A DNA stretch of 64,000 nucleotides from assembly GCA_964590645.1 (NCBI GenBank), contig CAZPYJ010000004.1, positions 19,541-83,540 of the forward strand, read 5' to 3'. Under the pieces are notes generated by a model that did not search any database, was not told where the DNA came from, and saw nothing but the letters and a program-made list of their open reading frames with translations. Made by a program: the position numbers and the translations under genes. The stretch comes from an uncultured Lentimicrobiaceae bacterium. Its GTDB lineage: Bacteria; Bacteroidota; Bacteroidia; Bacteroidales; JAGNHN01. Positions 1-9,400 of the stretch are shown here, piece by piece. Positions within the stretch are counted from its first letter, which is position 1, and each line of letters opens with the position of its first letter.

Positions 1-748
1 TTGCGTTCAGGATCATCGGATGCCCATACACTGCGCTGTCCGGAAAATCCACGGCCTGTCCGCCCTGGTTTTTTTGCGGAAAGAGATGAATCGTGGGACT
101 GTGCTGGTCGCTGTGGGCGATGTAGCGCAGGGGGTTCTCCCATCCGATTTGCCCGGGCGGACTATAATCGATGTGCAGATGATTGGTATAGTTCGAAGTA
201 AAAACCCAGTCCCCTGCCTGGACGTTATTGCTTACGTTCACGCTCTGGCCGGTCAGGACATCGTAGAACGGCACATTAAAAACGGCATTACTCAGCACCC
301 GGTGGGTATGGAGTAATCCATTTTTTGCTGTCCGCTGAACAATGACCACAGCCCCTGCAGGATATGAGGAGTGATTGGTTTGAATGACTTCCCAGGTATT
401 GTCACTAGAACTTCCCGCTTCCAGATGGAAATAGCGCCAGTTTCCTATCCGGATATATCCGTTTTGTGAATGAGCACTTATGCCCGTTATCGTGCCCGCT
501 GCAACTGCATAGGCTCTTCCCCCTTTGGTGAGCTGGTAGTCGATCCCGACGTGGGGGTTGGTGCCGTTGGTGATGTGCCGTGGCCCGTAATCGCTGTTGA
601 TCTGTCCGTACTGGGTGGTGGATCCTGTAATCGGATCGATCAGGCTTTGTGCCTGGAGGGTGCCTCCTACGTGGAGGCTGAGGAATATACCTATGGTCAG
701 TACTCCCTGCTCAATCGCTTTTCTGTATTTGTTTATCCGTCCCATCAT
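1..748 (-). CDS. M23 family metallopeptidase, exported (partial; 3' end runs off the window start)
   Basis: Minus-strand frame is open from ATG-ATG at 748/745 to position 1. I checked by hand that no plus-strand triplet in this frame is TTA, CTA or TCA. It is not in the supplied ORF track because there is no stop in the window. N-terminus MMGRINKYRKAIEQGVLTIGIFLSLHVGGTLQAQ looks like a signal peptide. M23 motifs are present: H-x3-D (NPHVGIDY) and H-x-H (NHLHIDY). Confidence 0.6.
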   Translation of the reverse strand, partial: MMGRINKYRKAIEQGVLTIGIFLSLHVGGTLQAQSLIDPITGSTTQYGQINSDYGPRHITNGTNPHVGIDYQLTKGGRAYAVAAGTITGISAHSQNGYIRIGNWRYFHLEAGSSSDNTWEVIQTNHSSYPAGAVVIVQRTAKNGLLHTHRVLSNAVFNVPFYDVLTGQSVNVSNNVQAGDWVFTSNYTNHLHIDYSPPGQIGWENPLRYIAHSDQHSPTIHLFPQKNQGGQAVDFPDSAVYGHPMILNA

Positions 749-1889
749 TTCTCCCCTTCGTTTCGTGGATAAGTTTCATCTTGCCGTTGTATATCTTCAG
801 ATTATCAGTCTTGGCCTCATAGACCAGTTTCAGTCCGGAATATGGACCTCCTCCCAGCTTTGTTTTATCAAAGCGCCCTATGACCTTTTGCTTTGGATCA
901 ATCAGGAGAAAGTGTGCCTGATTGGGTCCGTTGGCCACGTGGATCACATAATGATCACTTCCAGGACTGGGATAAAAATTGAAGCCGGTTAATTGTTTGG
1001 TAAAGGGTTTCTCCAGAGGAATCTGCGCCAGCACCATCTTCATCCCGGGGCCATAGATGTTGGCCATCATTCCTTCCTGATCGATTTCGAGGAAGGTCTG
1101 GAAGGTGGATGTGGTGTACCAGCGGTTTCCCGGACCGGACAACGGCCGGGTGAACACCGTCTTGCCCCCGCCATCCAGGCAAAGGAGGCTGTCGCGGGTT
1201 TTCAGCAGCAGATAATCGCCCCGGGGATGGATCGCCTGCACCGATGGCATTGCATCAGGAAAGAACTTCTCCCATTGGATCCCGTTCTGAAAATTCCTGC
1301 AAGCCACCGAATAAGGCCCGCCTATATGCATCGGGTTCCGGCATTCCACAATGAAGTTCCCTTCCAGGCTGAGGTGGTAGGGCGAGGCTATCTCTTCTTC
1401 CATCACCATCATATTCCCTTTCTCATCCAGCACCACATATTGGTAATGCACCTGCCCCTCGCCCAGCATCGCATCTGCCAGAAAGAAGCTTGCATCTGGA
1501 TGATAATGCTGAGGCTTAAAGGTGAAATTCAGGTCCCGTTCCCGGGCGATCCACAGAATGCCGCCTTCGGTATCGCACATCCCTGCGTAGCTATAGCTAT
1601 GAGGCGCTTCAGGAGTGTAATAGGTGACATAATAGTTGAACAGGTATCTGTCTCTTCCATTCAGCTGAAATGTGGTAAGCATCTGAAGTCGCTGGATATC
1701 GGAATACCAGCCGAACTTCGCCACGGTATCTGTTTTTTCGAATTCCATTCCGATGCGGTCTGCAGCATTTTCAACACTGGTGAGGATGCATTCGCGGACA
1801 AAGCTGCTGTCGAGCTGGTTTTGCGCTGAGAGGGAGAATGCGTTGCTTACGCATAGCAGGATCACAAAAAGCTTGGCTTGTTTTTTCAT
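711..1889 (-). CDS. hypothetical exported protein (392 aa)
   Basis: Track ORF with signal peptide MKKQAKLFVILLCVSNAFSLSAQ. Its ATG overlaps the upstream gene's stop (ATGA at 1886-1889). No recognisable family. Confidence 0.55.
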   Translation of the reverse strand: MKKQAKLFVILLCVSNAFSLSAQNQLDSSFVRECILTSVENAADRIGMEFEKTDTVAKFGWYSDIQRLQMLTTFQLNGRDRYLFNYYVTYYTPEAPHSYSYAGMCDTEGGILWIARERDLNFTFKPQHYHPDASFFLADAMLGEGQVHYQYVVLDEKGNMMVMEEEIASPYHLSLEGNFIVECRNPMHIGGPYSVACRNFQNGIQWEKFFPDAMPSVQAIHPRGDYLLLKTRDSLLCLDGGGKTVFTRPLSGPGNRWYTTSTFQTFLEIDQEGMMANIYGPGMKMVLAQIPLEKPFTKQLTGFNFYPSPGSDHYVIHVANGPNQAHFLLIDPKQKVIGRFDKTKLGGGPYSGLKLVYEAKTDNLKIYNGKMKLIHETKGRNDGTDKQIQKSD

Positions 1890-2845
1890 TGGCGGAGGAG
1901 GTTTGGGTTAGGTGGATTGAATTGACTGATTTTATCGTGAAAACAAAGATTTTGTTGCCTGAGCTCCAAAATATACAGGGTCATTTCTTCCAGCTTTCCC
2001 AGCAGGGCTACACAAAGTTGTCCCAGATCCACATCTGTCCCCAGGATTTCCTTTTCGGGAGGGATGCCGGGCAAGTGGCGGTTTTCTGCAATAAAGCGGG
2101 CAAGGCTGTCGAGGCTGAGGCGGGGATAATCTTCTGAAAAGACTTCATCTTTCCACACATCCAGCCTCACTTTCACTTCTTTGGCGATCAGGGTATTGTT
2201 GCTGCGCATCATTCCATTGGCATCTATGCGCAGGCTGGTGTCGCCGTTCTGGATCAGCATCAATGCGGTTGAGTTCGGGTTATTGGAGATGTAGCGAATC
2301 CCGGCAGTGCTGTTCGCCGCATTGTGGTTTCTTACCACTAAAGCATCCTCTGTTCCTGCATCTACTTCAAGACGTGCCTGCGGACTGGAAGTGCCAATGC
2401 CGACCTTCCCCAGTGTTCCGGGCCCGGCGGCACTGCTCACATAAAAGGTAGGCAGGTCGGAGTTGAATCCTACCATCAGGCTGTTGGCTTTATGGTTGGT
2501 CAGGGTCTGGTTGGCGTAGCCCGACCCGATCACGATGGATTTGGATCCGCTGGCCTTCACATAATTACCCAGGGCCATACTATAGCTTCCCGGACTGCTG
2601 GCTACACTGCCGGCACTCAAAGAATACAGTCCGCTTGCCTGTGCATTCATCCCGAAGGCGTGGCCTCCGGTGCCACTGCTCTGGCTGCTCAGCCCCGAAG
2701 CAAAAGCGGCATAACCTGTGGCTGAGCAGCCCATCCCCAGTGCACTGCTGTTAATTTGATTGGTGGTGGTGCCCTGGTGATTTACCTGGGCCTGTAGAAG
2801 GCCCGCCACAAGACAGGCCATCGCAGTTAATATCATTCCCTTCAT
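1886..2845 (-). CDS. exported YadA-head/tail-fibre-like repeat protein with a Bacteroidota-type C-terminal module
   Basis: Signal peptide MKGMILTAMACLVAGLLQAQ. Gly/Ser/Ala-rich repeats follow (SSALGMGCSATGYAAFASG, SQSSGTGGHAFGMNAQASG, YSLSAGSVASS). The C-terminus (VWKDEVFSEDYPRLSLDSLARFIAENRHLPGIPPEKE...LEEMTLYILELRQQN) matches a module I recognise at the end of tail-fibre-like proteins in Bacteroidota. Confidence 0.6.
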   Translation of the reverse strand: MKGMILTAMACLVAGLLQAQVNHQGTTTNQINSSALGMGCSATGYAAFASGLSSQSSGTGGHAFGMNAQASGLYSLSAGSVASSPGSYSMALGNYVKASGSKSIVIGSGYANQTLTNHKANSLMVGFNSDLPTFYVSSAAGPGTLGKVGIGTSSPQARLEVDAGTEDALVVRNHNAANSTAGIRYISNNPNSTALMLIQNGDTSLRIDANGMMRSNNTLIAKEVKVRLDVWKDEVFSEDYPRLSLDSLARFIAENRHLPGIPPEKEILGTDVDLGQLCVALLGKLEEMTLYILELRQQNLCFHDKISQFNPPNPNLLRQ

Positions 2846-2874
2846 ATCGTTCCCTTCTTTTTTAACTGTTTGTT

Positions 2875-4458
2875 TTACATTTTGATGATCTTGAACAGCT
2901 CAGGCTGTTCGCCCTCCGGCTTCACGCGGAGGATATACTGTCCGGACGGCAGATGCCCCAGGCGCAGGGCTTCATCCGGGCGGCTGACTTGCCAGAGTAC
3001 CCTTTTCCCCAGTAAATCCAGTAGCTCAATCTCCACCAGTTCCGCTCCTGTCATATTCAGGAATAAGAGATCGCTGACCGGGTTGGGATAAGCTTGGATA
3101 CTTCCAGCCTGTTTTGAATGAACACCAGTGGCAAGGTCCGTTTCGTATGCGCCTATATCAACGGCCGGACCGATAATGCGGGGATTGCCGTTCAGATCAA
3201 AAAGAGGCAGACTAAAACCCGGAATCGTATTGAGGCCGGTATTGATGCAGGAAGAACCTGAGAGGAGTTCCCAGTTGGTGGCAGAAGCCTGGGCAATGAT
3301 TCCGCTGACCTGGCTTGGATTGGCAAAATTGGGGTTTTGGGTGGTAATCCCTATGGATGGACCAAGGTATCCCTGGCTGACACAGGAGTTGATCACCCAG
3401 GGGGGCAGGGTATCCAGCCACATAATCTGTCCGAAGCCGTTGGCAAAACCATTCAACCAGACAATGCAGTTCACGATCAGCTCATTCGGGGAGGGTGCGA
3501 AAATACCATACATCTCATTTCTGGCAATGGTATTGTTCACATAGAAATTATAGGATCCACTATGACCGCCCATCAATCCAATCCCTGCATTATTGTGGAT
3601 CAGATTGTTTACAAATGAGGACTCCTGGGTCGTAAGATAGACCGCCGCCAGGCTGAGGTTGTTCCGGAACACATTGTGCCCGACCTTCACCCCCCCATAG
3701 TTGTGTTTCAGATATATAGCACCTCCCAGGGCCAGGGTGTAGTTCCCCTGTGCATTATTGATGGCCTTGTTCTCCTCGAAGAGGTTATGCTCAAGCCAAA
3801 GCGGGCATAAAGTGGAATAGATCGCTCCTCCGTGATTCCTGCTTTGATTGGCACTAAAAATGCAATCGCTGATGTGGACGGTGTCGTGTGTTGCAATGTA
3901 CACCGCCCCGCCGTAATAATTGCTCTCGTTTGCAAGGAAGGTGGTTTGGAGGACCTCCAGATTCGAATAGGAGAGGTGGATGGCCCCTCCATTCTTCAGG
4001 CTGCTATTGTATTCAAATCGGCAGCCCTTGAACTGGGTGTTCCCCGGGCCAGTGATCGCAATGGCTCCCAGGCTGTCCCAGGGATTAAGACTATGTGTGC
4101 CCATCCATTCAAAAACACAACACTGAAAGGCCACATCTGCCGTGGCCATTCCCTGGTGATGTATGCGTATGCCTCCCCCATAAAGTGTCCCACTTGCATT
4201 CATCCCATTGAAATACACCGAGTCACCCACATCTCCCATTACCTGCATATTACCATACACTATGATATGATATTGGGCATCCGTGTGTATGTGTGTCCCG
4301 GCTTCAATGATCAGGCATCCTGTACTGCTGACAACTACATTGTCAACCATCACGTAATTGGAGGTATCCCAATACACTGTATCCTGAATCAAAATCTGAG
4401 AAAATGATGCACCCTGGCTGACCAGCAGCCACAAGAGGAGAAGGCTAACTTTTTTCAT
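2875..4458 (-). CDS. right-handed parallel beta-helix repeat protein with T9SS C-terminal sorting domain
   Basis: Signal peptide. Repeated GGAI(H/Y) beta-helix turns (NGGAIHLS, YGGAVYIA, HGGAIYST, LGGAIYLK) and DIGAYE. C-terminal AYPNPVSDLLFLNM...LPSGQYILRV...KIIKM is a type-A T9SS tail. Confidence 0.8.
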   Translation of the reverse strand: MKKVSLLLLWLLVSQGASFSQILIQDTVYWDTSNYVMVDNVVVSSTGCLIIEAGTHIHTDAQYHIIVYGNMQVMGDVGDSVYFNGMNASGTLYGGGIRIHHQGMATADVAFQCCVFEWMGTHSLNPWDSLGAIAITGPGNTQFKGCRFEYNSSLKNGGAIHLSYSNLEVLQTTFLANESNYYGGAVYIATHDTVHISDCIFSANQSRNHGGAIYSTLCPLWLEHNLFEENKAINNAQGNYTLALGGAIYLKHNYGGVKVGHNVFRNNLSLAAVYLTTQESSFVNNLIHNNAGIGLMGGHSGSYNFYVNNTIARNEMYGIFAPSPNELIVNCIVWLNGFANGFGQIMWLDTLPPWVINSCVSQGYLGPSIGITTQNPNFANPSQVSGIIAQASATNWELLSGSSCINTGLNTIPGFSLPLFDLNGNPRIIGPAVDIGAYETDLATGVHSKQAGSIQAYPNPVSDLLFLNMTGAELVEIELLDLLGKRVLWQVSRPDEALRLGHLPSGQYILRVKPEGEQPELFKIIKM

Positions 4459-4504
4459 TGTGGAGGAGGTTTATGGTTTTCTACAATACATTAATACCCA
4501 TTGG

Positions 4505-5536
4505 TTACCATCCATAAGGTATCCAGGTGGATGAGCCGTGTGATATGCCGTAGAGGAGGAGCACTGTATGCGAGACAACCTCATACCCATTGCTGTTCAG
4601 GGTATGTACCGGGACAAACACGATGCCTGCGAATACTTTGTGTCCCAAGCCCGGGTTCTGCGGATCTACCAATGGTTTTAGCCCCGGAATGAGGCTGACG
4701 ATTTTGTGGTAATGATAATTCATCTCTGTCGGGCTCAGGCAAAGATGATGGGTGGAACCGAAAGGAGGTTGACTGGTGCTGTAGAAGGTATTGAAATAGC
4801 AATAATTGGGATCAGGGCTATTCGGGGGCAGATCGATGGGATTGATCAGGGGGACATATTCAAGGTCGGTAAAATACTTATGATTTTGGGGATATCCCAT
4901 ATTCATCATCACCCTGCGCGTCATTTCCGTACTTGCGTCTTTTCCGGCACAGCAAACGGTGTCGTAACACATTCCCCAGCCCATCGCAAACCACCAGTAT
5001 GCATCCGGACCCCAGTCGGCATTTACCGACCAGGGTGCACTGGTCTGTCCGCGGACAAAAGTGTATTCAATTTTGAGGAAATCCTGTCCATCCAGGTTTT
5101 CCCAGTCCATATCCATAAACTTGAGGTGGATATCTTCCCCCGAGGCTTGGGTGGCGATGCTGTGCAGGGTGTCGGCAATGTCGGCCCATACTTCCGATAA
5201 AACCAGTCCGTCAATCTTATCATTCTGAAAAGTCACCGGAAAGGAACATTCTCCACGGATGATTTCTTCTCCTTCTTCCTGATGGTTAACATAGACGTAG
5301 TTACCCGAAGCTTCCAGCAGCCAGAGACTTTCCTCCTTTTCAAATTCTTCCCCGGATTTCATTTTCCGCTTTTCCACCTTGGCGATGAAGTCTTTGACCT
5401 TCCGTTCAGTTTCGTCCATCTCCACTTTCTGCCCTTCCATTTCAGCGAAGGGCTCCTTCTTACAACTGCCGAAGGGTAGCAATACCAGTCCGGCCAGCAT
5501 CCACAGGACGCCATAACTGAATAATCTTCTTTTCAT
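4505..5536 (-). CDS. hypothetical lipoprotein (343 aa from ATG at 5536)
   Basis: Track ORF is 4505..5581. The internal start MKRRLFSYGVLWMLAGLVLLPFGSC gives a clean lipobox (FGSC). Cys/Trp-rich body (WGMCYDTVCCAG) with no recognised family. Confidence 0.55.
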   Translation of the reverse strand: MKRRLFSYGVLWMLAGLVLLPFGSCKKEPFAEMEGQKVEMDETERKVKDFIAKVEKRKMKSGEEFEKEESLWLLEASGNYVYVNHQEEGEEIIRGECSFPVTFQNDKIDGLVLSEVWADIADTLHSIATQASGEDIHLKFMDMDWENLDGQDFLKIEYTFVRGQTSAPWSVNADWGPDAYWWFAMGWGMCYDTVCCAGKDASTEMTRRVMMNMGYPQNHKYFTDLEYVPLINPIDLPPNSPDPNYCYFNTFYSTSQPPFGSTHHLCLSPTEMNYHYHKIVSLIPGLKPLVDPQNPGLGHKVFAGIVFVPVHTLNSNGYEVVSHTVLLLYGISHGSSTWIPYGW

Positions 5537-5593
5537 TGATTTTTGGGTTTGGGCTGCCTTTGGGCAGCGGATTATGCCCAAATAGACGTTCTG

Positions 5594-5629
5594 CCCCCCC
5601 CAAAGCGGAAAAAAAAAGAAAGTTTTTTT
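5594..5629. repeat. cluster of homopolymer tracts (C8, A9, T7)
   Basis: C8 at 5594..5601, A9 at 5609..5617 and T7 at 5623..5629, in the intergenic region upstream of the lipoprotein gene on the minus strand. Confidence 0.8.
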
Positions 5630-5681
5630 AAGCGGCGATGTATTTTAACTGCCGCTGACTGTCTTCAACAGAGCAGGCGGG

Positions 5682-6722
5682 TCAGTTGATGGGGCGGGCC
5701 AGGATCACATAAACCGGGAAGTGGTCGCTATAGCCACCCAGGTAATTGCCCCCGGCGAAGGAACGGAATGGATAGCCTTTGAAGGAACCACTGGTTTGAC
5801 GCAAAAACTCCTTATTGTACACCCTGGCTGTATGCAGGAACCAGCCTGGCTGGTCTTTCGGAACCAAAGCCTGGCTCAGGATGATCTGATCGAAAAGATT
5901 CCAGTTATCACGGTATGCGAGCGATCCTATCCCCTTCTTATACAGGCTTTCCATTGGGTTGTACAAACGGTATCCATCCAGGTTTTCCGTATTTCCGACG
6001 GCTTTCAGGTTGCGCTTTATGCTTGGATCCACCGGATCGTCATTCAGGTCGCCCATCACCAGCACCTTGGCATTGGGATCAAGGTGCAGGAGGGAATCCA
6101 CAATATGGCGGGTCAGGTCGGCGGCGGCCATCCGCAGCGGGCGGCTGCGTTGCTCTCCGCCCCGGCGGGAAGGCCAGTGGTTGACAATCAGGTGAATCAT
6201 CTCTCCCTGAAGGTATCCTGAGACCAGCAATTGATCACGGGTCAGGAAATCAGGACGATCGGGCAGGCGAAGACGGTAAGATTTACTATTGGTAAGACGG
6301 AAATACCGTTGCTGATAAATCAGGCCCACATCCACTCCACGTCGGTCGGGAGAGTCGTAATGGACAATGGCATAGCCGCGCTCTTTCAGCTCAGGTTGAT
6401 CGATCAGATCCTGAATGACGCTACGATTTTCTATTTCGGAAAGGCCCAGAATGGCCAGGCCGTCCGGACTGATGTCTGTTCCGACGCGGGCAATCACATA
6501 GGCGAGTTTGTTCAGCTTATCATAATATCTTTCTGTTCCCCAGGCATTGGGTCCCGAAGGGGTAAACTCTTCATCTCTGACCTCGGGCTGATCTATCGTA
6601 TCGAAAAGATTTTCCACATTATAAAATCCGATACAAGCGACGCCGTATTGCTTTTCCTGTTGCGCAGCGGCAAGCAAGGGCAGGAAGATTAAAACCAGAA
6701 ATAGCGGGAAGTGTTTCATCAT
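5682..6722 (-). CDS. secreted endonuclease/exonuclease/phosphatase (EEP) family protein
   Basis: Signal peptide MMKHFPLFLVLIFLPLLAAAQQ. EEP hallmarks are present: FYNVENLFD near the N-terminus, GDLND, and the terminal SDHFPV. Confidence 0.8.
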   Translation of the reverse strand: MMKHFPLFLVLIFLPLLAAAQQEKQYGVACIGFYNVENLFDTIDQPEVRDEEFTPSGPNAWGTERYYDKLNKLAYVIARVGTDISPDGLAILGLSEIENRSVIQDLIDQPELKERGYAIVHYDSPDRRGVDVGLIYQQRYFRLTNSKSYRLRLPDRPDFLTRDQLLVSGYLQGEMIHLIVNHWPSRRGGEQRSRPLRMAAADLTRHIVDSLLHLDPNAKVLVMGDLNDDPVDPSIKRNLKAVGNTENLDGYRLYNPMESLYKKGIGSLAYRDNWNLFDQIILSQALVPKDQPGWFLHTARVYNKEFLRQTSGSFKGYPFRSFAGGNYLGGYSDHFPVYVILARPIN

Positions 6723-6871
6723 AGTTTTGGGGCATTGACATCAATGTTTGCAAAGATGATAATAAGCTGTGACATAATTTCCTGACTGAATGTGAGCCAC
6801 AAGGAATATTTTAACCAATTTTGTGGGCTGAATCAATGGGGTTCCCTACACAGCACTGATACATACTGCTT

Positions 6872-9388
6872 ATGTTGCCATACCGTATTTCTATCTTCAC
6901 TTTTTTGCTGCTGGCAGTCACGGGTTTATCCGGACAGACAGACAGCCTTGAACTGAATACCCTTCCCGGGGCGACCATCCCTCTGGTGACTTTGTCGGCC
7001 TCTGATCTGGAGGCGGAAGAAGAGTCCCAGGATATTTCCGGACTACTTCAGGCCTCCAGGGATATCTTTACTTCCACTGCCGGCTATACTTTTGGCTCGG
7101 CCCGTTTCCGCATTCGGGGTTATGATTCCGAGAACACCATTGTGATGATCAACGGGATGCCTGTGAACGACAGGGAAAGCGGCAGAGCATTCTGGTCGGG
7201 TTGGGGCGGACTGAATGATGTGACCCGCTATCAGGAGATCAATACAAATATTTCTGCCGGCCAACATCATTTTGGGGGCATAGGGGGCAGCACCAATATG
7301 GATACCCGGGCCTCGGGCTTCCGAAAAGGATCCCAGATCACCTATTCACTGGCCAACCGCTCCTATCGCAACCGTTTGATGTTTACCACAAATACGGGAA
7401 TGTTGAAAAACGGCTGGGCCTTCACTTTCTCCGGCTCCCGCCGCTGGGCGCAGGAAGGCTATGTGGAAGGTACGTTCTACGATGCCTGGTCCTATTTCCT
7501 TTCTGCAGAAAAACGCATTAATGAAAAACACAGCCTGGTGTTTACCGGCTTTGGATCACCCACCATCAGCGGTCGCCCGGGTGTAGCTACCCAGGAGACT
7601 TACGACCTGGTCGGAACCAACTATTATAATCCCTATTGGGGTTACCAGAATGGAGAGAAACGCAATGCCCGCGTCAATCACTACCACCAACCAATGCTTA
7701 TCCTGGGCCATTACTGGAAGCTGAACCCCAAAACCCAGGTGAATCAGGCTGTTTCTCACACCTTTGGAAGGGGTGGAGGTACCGCCCTCGAATGGTACGA
7801 CGCCGCCGATCCCCGCCCGGACTACTACCGCAACCTGCCCAGCTTTTATGAAGTGGAGTATCCCGACCAGTTTGCCTTTTATACACAACAATGGCAGGAA
7901 AATGAATCCTTTCGTCAGCTCGACTGGGATCAGTTCTATTTTGCCAATGGAAAGAATCTTTATACGGTTCAGAATGCCAATGGAATTGAAGGGAACAGCA
8001 TTACCGGAAACCGTGCCAAGTACATCGTGGAGCAACGCCGCAACGATAAACAGCAATGGATGTACAATGCCAATTTGCGCCACTCCCTAAGCGATAAGGT
8101 GATGATCTCGGCCGGGCTCAATCTCTCCCGCTTCAAAGGCCATAACTATAAACGGGTAGATGACCTCCTGGGTGCCGATTTCTGGGTAGATGTAGATAAA
8201 TATGCCGAACGCGATTTTCAGGATCCCGTTTCCGCCAACAGCGACATCCGTACCCCAAACCGCGTAGTGAAAGAAGGCGATATTTTTGGGTATGACTACG
8301 ATGCCAATATTGATCAGGGGGAGGCATTCGCAATGATTGAGTCTAAAGGGCGGAAGATTGATTTGTATGCTGCCCTCCAAGGCAGCAGCACACAATTCTG
8401 GAGAACCGGAAATATGCAAAACGGAAAATTCCCCGACCAGTCGCTGGGCGATGGGGAAAAACATTCCTTCCTGAACTACGGCGTCAAAGCGGGGGCCGAC
8501 TACAAGATTACGGGAAGGCATTTCATTACAGCCAACCTGATGTATATGACCCGTGCCCCCTATTTCCGCAATGCCTATATCTCTGCCCGTACCCGCGATC
8601 AGGTAGTGGAAGGACTGGGGAATGAAGAGATACAGGGCGGAGATATCAGCTACCTTTTCCGTGGATCACGCCTTAAGTTCAGATTGACGGGCTATTACAC
8701 CGAGTTCAACGATGGAGTCTGGGCACGCAGCTTCTATCACGAAGAGTTGCGCAGCTTTGTCAATTATGTGATGAATGGGGTGGACCAGATCCGCACCGGC
8801 ATTGAAATGGGGCTGGAGGCCAACCTGACTCCGACCCTGACCGCCAGCCTGGTGGTAGCCGAAGGCGATTATGTGTACAACTCAAGGCCGCAGGTTTTTA
8901 TCGCCCAGGACAATAATCCGCAGGAGGTCATCGCCTCCCGGAAAGTCTTTCTTAAAAACTATAAAGTGGGAGGGATGCCCGAGACGGCCATAAGTGGAGG
9001 TTTGAAGTATAATTCACCCAAGTACTGGTTTGTGGGCGTCAATCTCTCTTATTATGATAATACATACCTGACTCCCAATCCGGATCGCAGAACTGAGGAT
9101 GCCTTGCAGGGCTTGGTGACCGACGACGTCCTCTATAAAGAATTGCTTACCCAGGAAAAGCTGGAATCCGGGATGATCGCGGATCTTTTCGGAGGAAAAT
9201 CCTGGCGCTTTGGCTCCCATTTCCTCAGCCTGACCGTCAGTATGAATAATCTTTTGGATGTTACCGATTTCAGCATTGGCGGATTTGAACAATACCGCTA
9301 TGATGCACGCGACATCGACCGCTTCCCTCCCAAGTATTTTTATCTCTACGGAAGAACTTATTTTGTTAACCTCAGATATCGTTTTTAA
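6872..9388 (+). CDS. TonB-dependent receptor (838 aa)
   Basis: Signal peptide, plug-like region (RIRGYDSENTIVMINGMPVND), a long beta-barrel, and a C-terminal aromatic end ...YFVNLRYRF. Confidence 0.85.
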   Translation: MLPYRISIFTFLLLAVTGLSGQTDSLELNTLPGATIPLVTLSASDLEAEEESQDISGLLQASRDIFTSTAGYTFGSARFRIRGYDSENTIVMINGMPVNDRESGRAFWSGWGGLNDVTRYQEINTNISAGQHHFGGIGGSTNMDTRASGFRKGSQITYSLANRSYRNRLMFTTNTGMLKNGWAFTFSGSRRWAQEGYVEGTFYDAWSYFLSAEKRINEKHSLVFTGFGSPTISGRPGVATQETYDLVGTNYYNPYWGYQNGEKRNARVNHYHQPMLILGHYWKLNPKTQVNQAVSHTFGRGGGTALEWYDAADPRPDYYRNLPSFYEVEYPDQFAFYTQQWQENESFRQLDWDQFYFANGKNLYTVQNANGIEGNSITGNRAKYIVEQRRNDKQQWMYNANLRHSLSDKVMISAGLNLSRFKGHNYKRVDDLLGADFWVDVDKYAERDFQDPVSANSDIRTPNRVVKEGDIFGYDYDANIDQGEAFAMIESKGRKIDLYAALQGSSTQFWRTGNMQNGKFPDQSLGDGEKHSFLNYGVKAGADYKITGRHFITANLMYMTRAPYFRNAYISARTRDQVVEGLGNEEIQGGDISYLFRGSRLKFRLTGYYTEFNDGVWARSFYHEELRSFVNYVMNGVDQIRTGIEMGLEANLTPTLTASLVVAEGDYVYNSRPQVFIAQDNNPQEVIASRKVFLKNYKVGGMPETAISGGLKYNSPKYWFVGVNLSYYDNTYLTPNPDRRTEDALQGLVTDDVLYKELLTQEKLESGMIADLFGGKSWRFGSHFLSLTVSMNNLLDVTDFSIGGFEQYRYDARDIDRFPPKYFYLYGRTYFVNLRYRF

Positions 9389-9400
9389 TCCTCAATAAGA

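Noticed and set aside
3690-3696. G7/C7 homopolymers inside coding regions of surface or outer-membrane genes (3690..3696 in the beta-helix gene, 27016..27022 in the porin gene), considered as phase-variation tracts
   Set aside because: Both simply encode Gly-Gly in frame (YGGVKV, WGGETF). Seven nt is at the low end for slippage, and there is no evidence of alternative frames. This cannot be supported from a single sequence.
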